A program made the position numbers and the translations under genes. Shown here piece after piece: positions 1-11,619 of a stretch of DNA of 38,389 nt. The notes beneath the pieces are model-generated. The model was not told where the DNA came from. It did no database searches and saw only the letters and a program-made list of their open reading frames with translations. The DNA is from Asterionella formosa (taxonomy: Eukaryota): contig NKIB01015085.1 in NCBI GenBank assembly GCA_002256025.1, forward strand, positions 1 to 38,389, in the 5' to 3' direction. Numbering within the stretch: position 1 is the first letter of the stretch; every line of letters begins with the position of its first letter.

Positions 1-28
1 AACTATCTTGAAGAAGCCAGGGAACTAT

Positions 29-985
29 TTAAATTAGAGGGAAAAGGAAGGAAAATGGGTAGAGAATTCCTGTTCGAAGGGTGTTGGCGAATTTTGAAGG
101 ATGCCCCAAAGTGGAAGGGTGGGTGTGCATATGCCAATTTGGGTAGATTCCGTCAACCAAATAATACCCCAGATTGTGTTGTTGGTTGTTGATGGCAAAC
201 TGTACTTTTGGAGTCCTTCCAGCTGACAAATCATGGAAAAACGGTGAACGATCCAAAATATTAAGATCATTGTTTGCCCCGGGCATTCCAAACCATGCAT
301 GCCAGAACCAAAGTCTACAATCAACCGCAGCTTCCAAAGCAATTGTCGCCACTCCTTCTTTTCCTTGATATGCTCCTCTGTGTGCTTTGGGACAGTTTTT
401 CCACTCCCAATGCATGACATCCACTGAACCAAGAAGACCCGGCCAACCCTTTCCTTCATGCAAACGTAGAATCATCTCAAGGTCCTCTTTGGTCAGAGCT
501 CTAAGATACTCTTTCCCATACCTGTTGATTATTGCGTTACAGAAGTGTTGCAAGTTGTTGAGTGTTGTTGACTCTGACATCCTTGTTAAATCATCCAACT
601 GATCAGCCGATGTTCCATAGGCTAACATGCGAAGCGCCGAGGTAAGTTTTTGGTGTGGCGAAAATCCCAGTAAACCCAAGGCATCCTTCTTCTGAGAAAA
701 GTAAGAATCCGAAGAAACCAAATCATCAAGAATCTTCTCAAACAACGAACGTCTCATCCGGAAGCGCCTCCTGAACATTGCTGACGAGTAAATCGGATTT
801 TCACCGAAATAATCCTTTTTCAAAAGCTTGTCATAGTCTGTCCGAAAACGATTGAGATTGGATGCCTTTCCCACCTTTGATCCTCCTCCCTTGTTTCTTT
901 CTTGCTTGGCATTCTCGCGTTGCTTCCGCATATCGCGGAAGTGGAAGAAGCGATCGTCATCTGACGAGTCGCTATCATTGCTCAT
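29..985 (-). CDS. PIF/Harbinger (Pong-like) DDE transposase, 3'-truncated
   Basis: Motifs FRRRFRMRR, ALRMLAYG, GSVDVMHWEWKNCP, EAAVD..LWFWH, NNDLNILDRSP and YYLVDGIYPNW. First ATG is at 985 (MSNDSD). Similarity ends after PNW (~135) and the third catalytic motif (R.DVERAFG) is absent. Confidence 0.9.
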   Translation of the reverse strand: MSNDSDSSDDDRFFHFRDMRKQRENAKQERNKGGGSKVGKASNLNRFRTDYDKLLKKDYFGENPIYSSAMFRRRFRMRRSLFEKILDDLVSSDSYFSQKKDALGLLGFSPHQKLTSALRMLAYGTSADQLDDLTRMSESTTLNNLQHFCNAIINRYGKEYLRALTKEDLEMILRLHEGKGWPGLLGSVDVMHWEWKNCPKAHRGAYQGKEGVATIALEAAVDCRLWFWHAWFGMPGANNDLNILDRSPFFHDLSAGRTPKVQFAINNQQHNLGYYLVDGIYPNWHMHTHPSTLGHPSKFANTLRTGILYPFSFLFPLI

Positions 986-2228
986 TTTCGCTGTGTCGAA
1001 ACAAAAGTCATATTTATTGGTAATAATAAAGAAGCCACAATTCTCTACGAACAATATTCAAGTACATAGTTGTAATATTTTTTGATTGCATTTTGGTCTC
1101 AACTACTGGCTATACATACTTTGATATAATTGTTGCGAAGTACACAAAGCAAGCAAGGTGCACCAAAGCAAGGAACATACTTGTTCTCAACCACATATGA
1201 TTCATAATGGTGCTATATCATTGAACTTACTAATCCTTTCCACTTACTAATGTATGTCATTAATTATATTCTAGCATTAACTATCTTCCTTGGCAGTTTT
1301 GAGGTTCATCAAACTTGACATGGTTCAAACCTCCTTCTCAGACCGAATGTCCTGTGCATTTTGCTTTGTAATTTCAAGATGTTTGCTTTGCCTTACCTTG
1401 ACAACCAATGTTAAAATCGCTCAAAACTAAATTTGAATGAGTGCCCTCGAGGAACCATCATCTCATAGTTACAATTCTTGAACCAGCAGTGAACAAGCAA
1501 TCCACAAGATCACATTAAGGAACAAAGATAAGAGAAGGTAAGTGATGGCCATTGTGATGACCAAAAACAAGCACTTTTGCGGGATAAATATTTATAAGGT
1601 TACCAGTCAAGATTCTCAAGGCCTGCTTATCCCAATCCAATGGTTATTTGTCTTATCTTTGCACTTGGAATGTATTTATGTCAATTCAATGCAGCTGTTG
1701 AAAATATTAGTTGTTTCCTGGCCATCACCAAGACATGAGAAGAATTGTCAATTTACAGGTTTTGAGGACGAGCAATGATGATGAGCTTCTCGATCCTTGG
1801 ATGGCAAGAATATACTCTGCAGTAGTAGACAAAATGGTTGTAAATTATGGTAACAATCAGCATTATAGCTACTATATGCCGCCATCCTCAGTTGAGACTG
1901 TAGACATTGCTGGTCGTGTTATTCCTTTGCAAGGAGGAAAAGCATTTATTTATGGGATTCTAGAGCACTGGTAATAGTTAAGAGGAATAGTGTATGTTAT
2001 GCAGTTACAATGTCCAAATGAATAATTGCTGTTCCATTTTTAATCCAAACACAGTACCAGTACATTACCTAATACTCCCTCACAAAATATGCCCTAGTAC
2101 TAGTACATACCGTATGTACACTGGTGAGACATGCATCATCGTGGTACCAGCTGCAATGCCAGTATATCGCTCTCGGTGTGAGTGATATGCTGATGATGTG
2201 ATGCTCGATTTCGACATCAAGCATTACA

Positions 2229-2483
2229 TCCAAGCTGATTTTGGATTCCGTTTCCCCATATACTCGTGTGTAGAATTTGTCGTATGTAGATTTGCCTGGT
2301 ACAAACGGAACACACCGACTTCAGTGTCCGGTAAAATGGTTGTGCAACTCATTACCGGTACTTCCAAGCTGATTCTGGAATCCGTTTCTCCATATACTCG
2401 TCTGTAGAATTGTCGTATGTAGCTGCCTGGTACAAACGGAACACACCGACCTCAATGTCCGGTAAAATGGTTGTGCAACTCAT
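2229..2483. repeat. Two-copy imperfect tandem duplication, period ~134 bp
   Basis: 2229-2352 and 2363-2483 both read TCCAAGCTGATT...GTACAAACGGAACACACCGAC...CCGGTAAAATGGTTGTGCAACTCAT. Confidence 0.95.
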
Positions 2484-3038
2484 GACGTAAAAAGGAAAAT
2501 CACTACTTGTAGATTCATCGTGTTCGTCTTGATGATCCATACCGGTAGTTTGATCATTTTCTCAAAAACGACCGGACAATTGTCCGTTGGATCTACACAG
2601 ATTCCTGGTAATTTGACCGTTAGCACTGAGGCCGTTGCTTACCGTTGTCCCAAACCAAAACCCAAAAACGTTTTTTTGGATTGGTTTTGTTTTTGGTCAA
2701 CTGACGAAAAAACGATGCTATCGGTTTTTGGGAAATCCTAAATGCTGTCAACCACCCATCTACAGTGACGTAGGATGACAAAACCATTATTAAAAAAGTA
2801 AAATATTTCTATTAGACTACTTTTATAAATCAAATATTATTATTCCTATTTGGGAATTAGTTAGTTTTTCCCGCAATTTGAGCGATGCTGCTGTCTTGTT
2901 GTCATCCAACTACACACCAGTATGTATATATATAATATAGAGTCGTAAATATATACTCCAAGTACATATTACCAGGTACACAACAACAACAAGAACATAA
3001 CAACATCTGTCGATTGCCAACAATCAGCATCCTCAATC

Positions 3039-4339
3039 ATGGTGCCAGCACCCCTTCCAGCCAAGAGCTCTCTTTCTCCCTCTGCATGGCAAAAGGAGTT
3101 GCAACGAACTGTTGCTGTTGCTGTTCTGGACAAGGTATCAGGAGGGCCAACAATGACAATCAAAAATCTTCAGAATAAAATATATCTACTTTATCATGGC
3201 GATCCATCCGTGAAAGGAAGCATTGGATATTTGGAGTCTCTGCTGAGGGGAAGGGGTCAGTTCGAAGAACTTTGGAGTAGAGAGGAGCTGAATACCAACA
3301 TCCCAGAAAGAAATGCAGATCGTGTTTCTGCCTTTGATTTGGTCTTAAAAGATTGCTATTCCCGTGATTATTAAAACAGATATGTTGCTGGCTCTCAATT
3401 CACTACTCAAGATCTCTTGCAGGCACTGGAATGAAAAATATGTTCACTTTAATTACTGGTCGAACTCTATTGAAGATGGCTCAGCATGCCCTGCTGAATT
3501 GGAAGAAGGCCTTAGCATTTGGGTGGCAATTTTTACTCCCTGATGGGACTTTGCCTTCCGGGAACAATGTTGAAGACTATGACAACCATTTATTAAACCA
3601 TATGTTTCGATATCTGAAGGGTCGAAACAGCTACAGCGACCCAGCTAATGATGAGGATGATGATGAGGAGGAAATCTTGGGTGCTGCTGTGGCATTCAAT
3701 GATGATGTTGGGATGCCTGTGGATTATTATTTTCATTGCTGGATTGGATTCAAATTGTTTGAACCATTTGCTAGAGATGATTTCAAGTCTATTCTCTTGC
3801 TAACAAAGGATTGTGTCTTTGAGAATGGCAAGAAAGATTCAGCAGGCCGTGCATCAGCTAGAAAATTGGTTGCAGAAGAACGAAGTTTCAGTCGTTCTTC
3901 TGATATGTCAATTGATTGCTCCATTGGAAGCAGAGGCCAGCTGAAAGTCGAGGACGCATCAGTAGAAGCAGCAAAACTGGCTTTATCAGAAGATTTGATT
4001 AACAATTCAATTGTGGGAAATGCATTGTTTGGTCTGAGTCAATCTGCTGCATGCACTCGTGATTGGATGAAAGGTCTTCTGCAACAACAAGCTAGATACC
4101 CATTGGAACATATAATGTTTGCAAACATCCAAACCAAGCTTGATATTTTAGATGGTAAACTGGAATCTATTACAAATCAGATTGACAGTCTGTCTTCTCA
4201 GAGAACCAGAAAACGTGAAAACATTGTGGATGAGTATTACTCAAAGAAGAGTAGATTCATGTCATCATCAAGTCAATTGTCAGATGATATTCCCAGCTCA
4301 AGCCCCTTCTCATCTGTGAATGACTTGGGGCATGAGTAA
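3039..4339 (+). CDS. Putative Harbinger/Pong ORF1-like (NAM-associated-like) protein, probably 2 exons
   Basis: ORFs 3039-3374 and 3431-4339 join in frame through a phase-1 intron ending at TTGCAG 3422 (donor GT at 3322 or 3364). Contains LPSGNNVED...YFHCW, an acidic tract and a C-terminal coiled coil; lies inside the TIRs. Confidence 0.55.
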
Positions 4340-4551
4340 AGTTCTTCCGAAATCAGACAAAAACTGAAGATACTGGAAGTATTTCTCTGGTTCTACCTCA
4401 CCATTAGCATCTAGACATTGTACAATGTTCTGTGGGCGATGGTCACATGAATCCATGTGTGCCATGTTGGTGAAATGTGGATTTATGATGACATGTTGAT
4501 TGTGGCAAAATCCGAGATTATTTGTTGTTGAAGTTCTTGACAGTGTGGTCC

Positions 4552-4569
4552 CCTGGTACCTGGTACCAG
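4552..4569. repeat. CCTGGTA/GGTACC motif cluster
   Basis: CCTGGTACCTGGTACCAG; further degenerate copies at 4986-5054. Confidence 0.7.
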
Positions 4570-5640
4570 AGTACCGTATAGCTTTTGTTGTATCTATGTA
4601 TTATGATATACTGGTAAATGATGCGTCCTAGTATATGTACTGATTCTACGATGATAATAATTGGGTTTCTAGTGACTACATTCAAAGTAGTCAATATGGA
4701 ATCGTACGTTTAGGTAACTTTGGAAAAAAAAACCTAAACGTAATGCATTTGGGTAACTTATTGGGATATGGGCACGGAATCCCCTAAACGTAATGCGTTT
4801 GCGTTGGGTTTTTCACTCCCGTTAGCATCGTTTTTTAGGGTTACTGAAACCCAAACACTGTTTGGTTTGCGTTTTGGTCCACCGTTAGCAACGGCCTGAA
4901 CTGCATTTCATTTTTTTCGTTGATATTGCACTCATATTGCCTGTAGAGCTACGTATGGATTGGTCTGACCAGTTCGCCTGAGTTACACCAGGTACTCGCA
5001 GTTCACAGGTTACCAGTACTAGGGTACCAAGTTCGCTGGACACCTGGCACCAGGAAGGAGTCGTTCTTGTGCTTATTTTTGTACTCACACTTTCTAAGTT
5101 TTCTGTTCTTCTCGTACCTAAAATTCATGGTGTAACGCACGAAGAAGGTCGGAAGATACAGACGAACTCCGATTTGGATTTTTCCTAAGGCGTATACCGG
5201 TATAAACACACGAACTCCGATCTAAGCTAAACACCAGGATTGATTCACCCTTCTGAAACAATCGGAATCAGTCACAGTTCGTCTGAATCCCATTTCATTC
5301 GTTGTCGAAGTTTTAGCTAAGTAACGAAATGGAATGAATTACACCAAGTAAAGGCAGTTCAGAAGCCAATCAAAATTGAGAATAGATATTTATAGCCGTA
5401 TGTAAATAATTGAACTGTGACCATAACAATTGTAAATCTGAATAGCAATACGCTTGAAGGGGCTGGCCTACTATATCCATACTATTTTAGATCAATTGAT
5501 ACTATGTCACCACATTCATATGCGACTGCTTCTCATCCATCGTCTATGTCTGTACTCATGAATATGTATATAGTTTGCCTCGTGATTTCGAAATCAATTG
5601 TGGAGCTGTCCTTCACAAAAATTCATCAACAGTCAGATCA

Positions 5641-6855
5641 ATGACAGTTCCTACAATGTTCAAAATCAACAAAGACGATGTTCTTTTTGGAAGAGGCAAG
5701 GTTTCATATAATCATCCCGGCAATAAACAATTTCGCATATTGGTAAAAAAATACTCAACCGACTATAACGAGGCGATGATCCCTCGCTCACAAAGAACAG
5801 ATATTGTATCAGTCGTCATCGCTGCTGTCCATCAAAAAGGAGGGAGATTCCTCCGAATGGATGATGGTGAATGGCTTCCTGTGAAGTATAAGCACATTAA
5901 GGAAAAAGTTTCGCATGCCCTCCGTGATGTACTGCTTAAGACTGTCGAAAGAACGCGGCAGAGTCTTCACCCGGCTAAGAATCGACAAACAGGATCGCCG
6001 ATCCTTGGAGCAAGCTCGCCTTCTACTAGGTCATCTCTACTTGGAGACGAAACTTGTGAAAAGTGGGAAAAAGTCAACTCCTTTGAGACACTAAGACTGA
6101 AAAATCCCGATGAAATGACGCAACTAGCCTTCCTTCATAAATCTATCAAAACCAAACGACAAGTCCTTCATCTTGATACCGCGCGTCACAACGAATGGAG
6201 AAGCTTTGCATATCACCCTCCATCCTTCGCTTCTTTAACTGAAAATGAAACTGATCTGGGGAGGAAAATGGAAATAGTCAATAACCTGTTGACGCCAAAT
6301 ACAGAAGGACCCGCTGTTGCGACGGAATCCTCTTCCACCATTACGGACGAGTTGCTGCCCTGCTCTGTTTTGGACCACTTCAACGACCTTCCCTTAAGCC
6401 AAATCAGAAGCCTGGAAAATTCTGAAAAAAATTCACAAAATATCCTCTCTAATACATATTTCAAGAGTATCAAGTCAAAACGACAAGCGCATCCATGTGA
6501 TTGTCCAATCGGATGGCAAAACTTTACAACTCATCTTCCATCCTGTGGCTCTCTACGTGGAGATGAGACTATGGAAAAACTGGAACAATTCATCAACTGG
6601 ACACCTACCATGAAAAAGGGGGTGGAGACGCAATACATGAAGGAAGGGTGGCTATCGTACTCTGTCTCGGACCACTTTAATAATATTGCCTTGAGTCGAG
6701 TCCAAAGTGAAACTGACCCTGAAGCCAATATGGCTTCCTTGTTGCAACGGCTGAGCAGCACAAATTTTGAGTCTTTTCAGGGATGTGATGACGATAAGAA
6801 GCCTTCCTGTATATCTGAACCGTTCACCAACGACTGGCTCGAAGAAATGCTGTGA
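5641..6855 (+). CDS. DUF6824-domain protein (diatom-expanded family)
   Basis: DDVLFGRG..YNHPGNKQFR...GGRFL...EKVSHALRD signature near the N-terminus. First ATG is at 5641; single ORF. Confidence 0.85.
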   Translation: MTVPTMFKINKDDVLFGRGKVSYNHPGNKQFRILVKKYSTDYNEAMIPRSQRTDIVSVVIAAVHQKGGRFLRMDDGEWLPVKYKHIKEKVSHALRDVLLKTVERTRQSLHPAKNRQTGSPILGASSPSTRSSLLGDETCEKWEKVNSFETLRLKNPDEMTQLAFLHKSIKTKRQVLHLDTARHNEWRSFAYHPPSFASLTENETDLGRKMEIVNNLLTPNTEGPAVATESSSTITDELLPCSVLDHFNDLPLSQIRSLENSEKNSQNILSNTYFKSIKSKRQAHPCDCPIGWQNFTTHLPSCGSLRGDETMEKLEQFINWTPTMKKGVETQYMKEGWLSYSVSDHFNNIALSRVQSETDPEANMASLLQRLSSTNFESFQGCDDDKKPSCISEPFTNDWLEEML

Positions 6856-7243
6856 AGCGACCGAACTAGCAAATAGAATGTCAACGTTATAGGCAAAATT
6901 AATAGGGAATAGAGAAGTGACCATAGCTAGCTGGATGAACCTTGATGTGGCAGTGGAATAGGCTTTTCCAGATCTGCCAAGTATTTGTCAACGAATTCAG
7001 TACAATATAATTGCATTTTCATCAATCTCAAAATGGTACTGATGGTAGAATTGGAACTATACGAAATTATATCCATTTGCTGAGGTTTGACATGTTGAGT
7101 ACCTGTTCTGGCTTGTTACAATCATATTTGTCAAACAGCTGTGAAATATTTTCCATTGCCATCAAAACGTCCCTAGAATAAAGTTTTATTACTTTGTTTT
7201 AGAAACATAACGATTTGATTCTAGAAGCATTCAAATTAGGGAA

Positions 7244-8188
7244 CTATTCGTTCCATCTATATAATCGTACAGAGTTTTGATAGCAGGCCTCGGTGACTGC
7301 ATGTACATCAATTCCTTTGCTTCCTGCGATAACTTCAGCCACTTGAATGATATTGCAAGGTTCATTGCGCCCCTTGACCTGGAACCCTTCCTGAAACTTC
7401 TTCTCTGGCCTGCTCTCGAAATGAGTTTTAACATGCTCGTATCCAGCGTGTGTTCGTTTAACGTCGCAATACGGGCAATCGGTTTCAATGAGAAGGTGTT
7501 CGAGTGGCAAGTCTTTGACAACGGCGAGGCTTTCTTTAGTTCGCAACGAACATCCATTCAGACCAATATAAAGACCAAGATCAATAAATTTGGCGGCCAG
7601 ATCTAGTGAGTCATCAAAAGAGTGTACCACCCCGGAAGTCCACATTCCTCGTTCCTCTACTAGTATATCGTATAAGTCGCTGCCAACGTTGCGATTATGG
7701 AGAAACAAAGGTAGCCCCGTCTCGTGTGCCAGTCTCAATTGCTTTCGGATCCATTTGAGTTGAATTTCTTTACTGCAGAAATCTAGTCGATCATAGTCCA
7801 GACCCATTTCGCCGACGGAAACAACGACTCCATCTTTCATCCCATCTTTGGCCAACTCAATCAACTCTTCCAGCATGGCGTCGCCATCCACAGCGTCTTC
7901 CAATTCATTTGACCGGGTGGGATGAACTCCCACGGTGCAATACAGTTGACACGAGTTCGTCATTGTTTGCCGCAGATCTCGAATGGTTGCCACCGCGTCT
8001 TTACTGTCGTTGGCTGTCCCAGCCGTGAGGATCATGTGGCGCATACCAATAGCTTCCGCTCGTTGGATCACGGCTTCGAAATCCGGTCGATGACGCTGCG
8101 TCCCTCTGTATTCACCTAGGACGAATCTCTCGTCCAGCAAATTGGCCCCAATGTCCACAAACCGATGATGCGATGATGCCTCTGTCAT
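7244..8188 (-). CDS. TATDN1: TatD-family DNase (TATDN1-like)
   Basis: Motifs VDIGANL, TVGVHPT, VGEMGLDYDRL, LPLFLHNR, GVVHSFD, IGLNGCSL, ETDCPYC and GRNEP. First ATG is at 8188; the ORF-track start at 8281 is TTG. Confidence 0.93.
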   Translation of the reverse strand: MTEASSHHRFVDIGANLLDERFVLGEYRGTQRHRPDFEAVIQRAEAIGMRHMILTAGTANDSKDAVATIRDLRQTMTNSCQLYCTVGVHPTRSNELEDAVDGDAMLEELIELAKDGMKDGVVVSVGEMGLDYDRLDFCSKEIQLKWIRKQLRLAHETGLPLFLHNRNVGSDLYDILVEERGMWTSGVVHSFDDSLDLAAKFIDLGLYIGLNGCSLRTKESLAVVKDLPLEHLLIETDCPYCDVKRTHAGYEHVKTHFESRPEKKFQEGFQVKGRNEPCNIIQVAEVIAGSKGIDVHAVTEACYQNSVRLYRWNE

Positions 8189-8957
8189 GGATCTTATGGT
8201 GATTGGCCCACTACGCGGAGTGGAAGAATGGCGATAAAAGAATGAGGCGACTGCGGCTCGGCGAGGACTGGACAGGACCAATTGGATCCAAAAAAATGAT
8301 GATGAATGGCGTAAGAGAATAATGGTAGAGAAAGTTTGGCGGAAAGGTATGGGTTTCAGGATGGAGATGAGGACGACAATGCAGTCTGATCTGAAGAAAT
8401 CACTTCTACCGAGAGGGTTTTTTGAAAATATTTCTGTATCTTATTTTAGCATCCACAACTACATGATACACATAATAAATACGTAGATATATAATTGATG
8501 GGGTATAGTGGGATTAAATGTGATGAATGAATACATAAAATTTGTTGATTTCTTTAGGTATTAAATTCGGATTCTTTCCAGCTATGATATGGCGACAGGA
8601 GCAGACGAGGATGCAACAACAAATTATGTATTACCGGTAATAAAATGTGTAGCAACTGTACTGACATGCTATTGCCTGCATACCCGTTTATTAATATATA
8701 TACTATCATGCAGGAACAAAACATTTTCTCCTCGAAAAGTAACATCGAATATTCTATTTGATTCATGTGTGGCAAGCAACTCTAATGTGTTCACAGTTGA
8801 CAGAATCTCGATCTATTGCGACCATTCCACCCACTATTCCTTGTTTCATTACAATAGGCTGACCCAAAAATAGTCAACTTGGCTGAACCTTCTATAGATA
8901 TCGAGATAATAAGGAGGCTAAAGTACCTGCCACTCACAACACCCATCTCTTCAAACC

Positions 8958-11619
8958 ATGGCAACGACCAACACCAAAGACCCCTGGCGTTCTAGATTGG
9001 ACAAGATTCTCTGGTTTCTTGATCATGCTAGTCAAGAAAAGAAGCTCGAGTTGAAAGATACTCCCACTCAGACTATTTTAATGGAACTAGTGAGTGCTTC
9101 TACTCTCGGGATTCCAGCTGTTGACCCATATTGCGTAGTGTTCCTCAACGATCACGAAGTGCATCGTACCAAAGCGATACAAAATGATCCAGATCCAATT
9201 TGGACCGTCGAGACCAACTCGCTGTGTTTGGTGGATATTCCACTAGATGATGGCGACAACTTGATGAAGATAGAAGTCAATCACGGTTACCAGTGTTTGG
9301 GAATAGTCTCGATCAAGTGTTGTGACATTTTGAAGAAGAATGGAGCGAGAGAAGAATTTATCATCCGCAAAACTCTGGTCGCGAATGATGAAGGTGAAGC
9401 AGACGACAATAATATCATTGGAAAGGTAAGTTGGAGTGCAAAATTCACATCAACAGTCATTGCAATATCAATCTCACTGAGCCAGTTGAGTGGATTTTGC
9501 AGCCCTTACTGGCGCTACGCTTTCGAAAGGCCTCGCCCAACGATATCTGTTTCTTTCGACCGCCCGAACGAACGTTGGCCAAGGACCGTGCATCAGACAT
9601 TAATTTTCACTACGTGAACATGAAAACCAAAAAGTCTCAGAAAAAAAGTGTAGATGAGAACAATCATACGACACGATTTCGCATTCAACCCTATCCAAAC
9701 CCCGCGGATGTGGAAAACACTACATGGATGACAAAGGAGGAAGTCAATGCTTCTGCAATTAAACCATCAATGAACTGGGTTGAAGCAGGCTATGGAGATA
9801 TGGGTATGATTTACATCGAAGTGATTGGCTGCGATAAACTTACTAATATGGACGTCGGACTCTCTGAAAAGACAGACGCCTTTGTCGCCCTTGTTTTTGA
9901 AGACGCAATGGTGAGGACAGACATTATGCATGATTTGCGTAGTCCAAGATGGATGCCCTGGAGTACCCGAGCTTTTGCATTTCGTGTCTGTCATCCCTCT
10001 TCCATTATCATGCTTGGAGTCTTTGATTACGATCAAATGCCCATTTCGGACCATGATCCTATTGGACGTGTCGTGATCAATACTGTCAATTTCAAGAATA
10101 ATACTTGCTACAATTTGATATACAGACTGCACGATGATCCTCTGCAACAAGATGATCGAGGGACAATAAGGTTGCGACTTCGAGTAGAATGGAAGGATGA
10201 GGCACTGGCATTAAGAGCTTCGTTTATTGCACCGCCAAGATTTCTGATCAATGTGGAGTCTCAGAAATCGTTGTCATTGTTGAGATACATTTGCCGAGGC
10301 AGGGTTAATATGGAGGTGGCGACCGTAGATTCAGTGAAATTTTACGCCAATGAGTTGATGAGCTATGGACCTGTTTACTGTTACGTCATCGATGTTTGTC
10401 TCAATATTTGGCTATGGCGAGGACGTGCGGAACTTACGGTTCCATTCTTGAACAAGAAACTTAGTGTTTGGTTCCCTATCCAGTCCATAGTTGTTTTAAC
10501 AGCTGCCGTCTTTTGCATTGAAGTGCCAACCATGATTCCTGCTATTTTCTTGTATTCTGTTGCTTGGATTCTATTCTCGGTGAACTATCATGGTTCGAAA
10601 CATCCCAACCCATGGACGAGATGCGTTCCTTGCCATGAAACTAACATGATTGTGGTAACTGGAAAATCGAGACACGCACCTATCTTTATCAACGAAAACG
10701 AGGGCGTGAAGGATGCAACTGCTTTAAAGGCGCTTGATAAAGTGAAGGCCGAACGTGTTGTATCGTTCTTTACGGACACAATCAATGTGGCACTGAAGGT
10801 TCAAAAGATTTACAAGAAGACACAGATTGAAGGAATTGCCATTGACACTGAGGACAAAAGTTGGTCGTTGATGGGAAACCACCTGTACTATCTCCACTTA
10901 GTGCTTGGGAGTAAGTTTGATATTGTCAACTGCGAACCCTCTAACATTGGTCATCTTACCCGCTTCTTCTCTGCTGTCAAATCGAGATAGTGGCTTGCAC
11001 GTACCTAAGGATGGGCCGAAACTTTGTCAACTGGCGGGGATATTATACTCACAATTTTACAATGACGTGTGTTATTGGCGCCACCATGTGGCTGATATTG
11101 CCCATGAATTCTGCGCTTGTTTGGCTCCTTCGAGTTCTCGTCTGGGCTTTCTTGGGACCATGGATAAAATTAGTGGACATTTACTGTATCCACCCCCACT
11201 ACCGTACAAAAGAAGAGTTACTTCAAGATCCCACGTTCCATGGTACAAACTTAGATCAAGTGTTGACCTCTGAATCTCTTCAAAAAATGGGAGCGTCTGC
11301 TCGTCTTGCAAGTGAAGAAGCATTGAAATTGAAAGCAATGCGAGAACATGAGTTTGGCAAGTTATCTCAACTTATTCCCGCTATTGATACTTGTCTTGTT
11401 CCGCACATTCCTTTACCGCAATCGACTGCGGAACCCTATTTGGGAAGCATATGCAATTCTTCGTTGAAAGGTGGATTTGTTGATTTACCCAAAGAGGCAC
11501 AAAGTTGGCGATATGTTCCTGGACAGCACTTGGGCGGTAATATGGTTCATCGCAGATTGAAACAGGGTGACATGACGGTGCAACTGGCTTCAACTGAAGA
11601 CGTTGCCGTTAATTTTTGA
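8958..11619 (+). CDS. Multiple C2-domain transmembrane protein (MCTP-like), 3 exons, ~834 aa
   Basis: join(8958..9425,9503..10910,10991..11619). Introns 9426-9502 (GTAAGT..TGCAG) and 10911-10990 (GTAAGT..ATAG) keep the frame. C2 motifs DPYCVV..DPIW and KTDAFV..PRW..FDYD..DHDPIGRV; C-terminal hydrophobic segments. Confidence 0.85.

Larger units (their letters stand above)
2630..4896. mobile_element. Non-autonomous PIF/Harbinger-type DNA transposon (TIRs, 3-bp TSD, ORF1-like gene only)
   Basis: Termini GGCCGTTGCT are perfect for 10 bp and 28/36 identical as inverted repeats. TGA flanks both ends (2627-2629, 4897-4899). A subterminal 14-mer AAAAAACGATGCTA is inverted (2707-2720 vs 4823-4836), and CCTAAACGTAATGC is repeated at 4733 and 4783. 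Confidence 0.8.

Noticed and set aside
2229..2483. Repeat as CRISPR-like array
   Set aside because: Only two long adjacent copies, no spacers, no cas genes, eukaryotic context.
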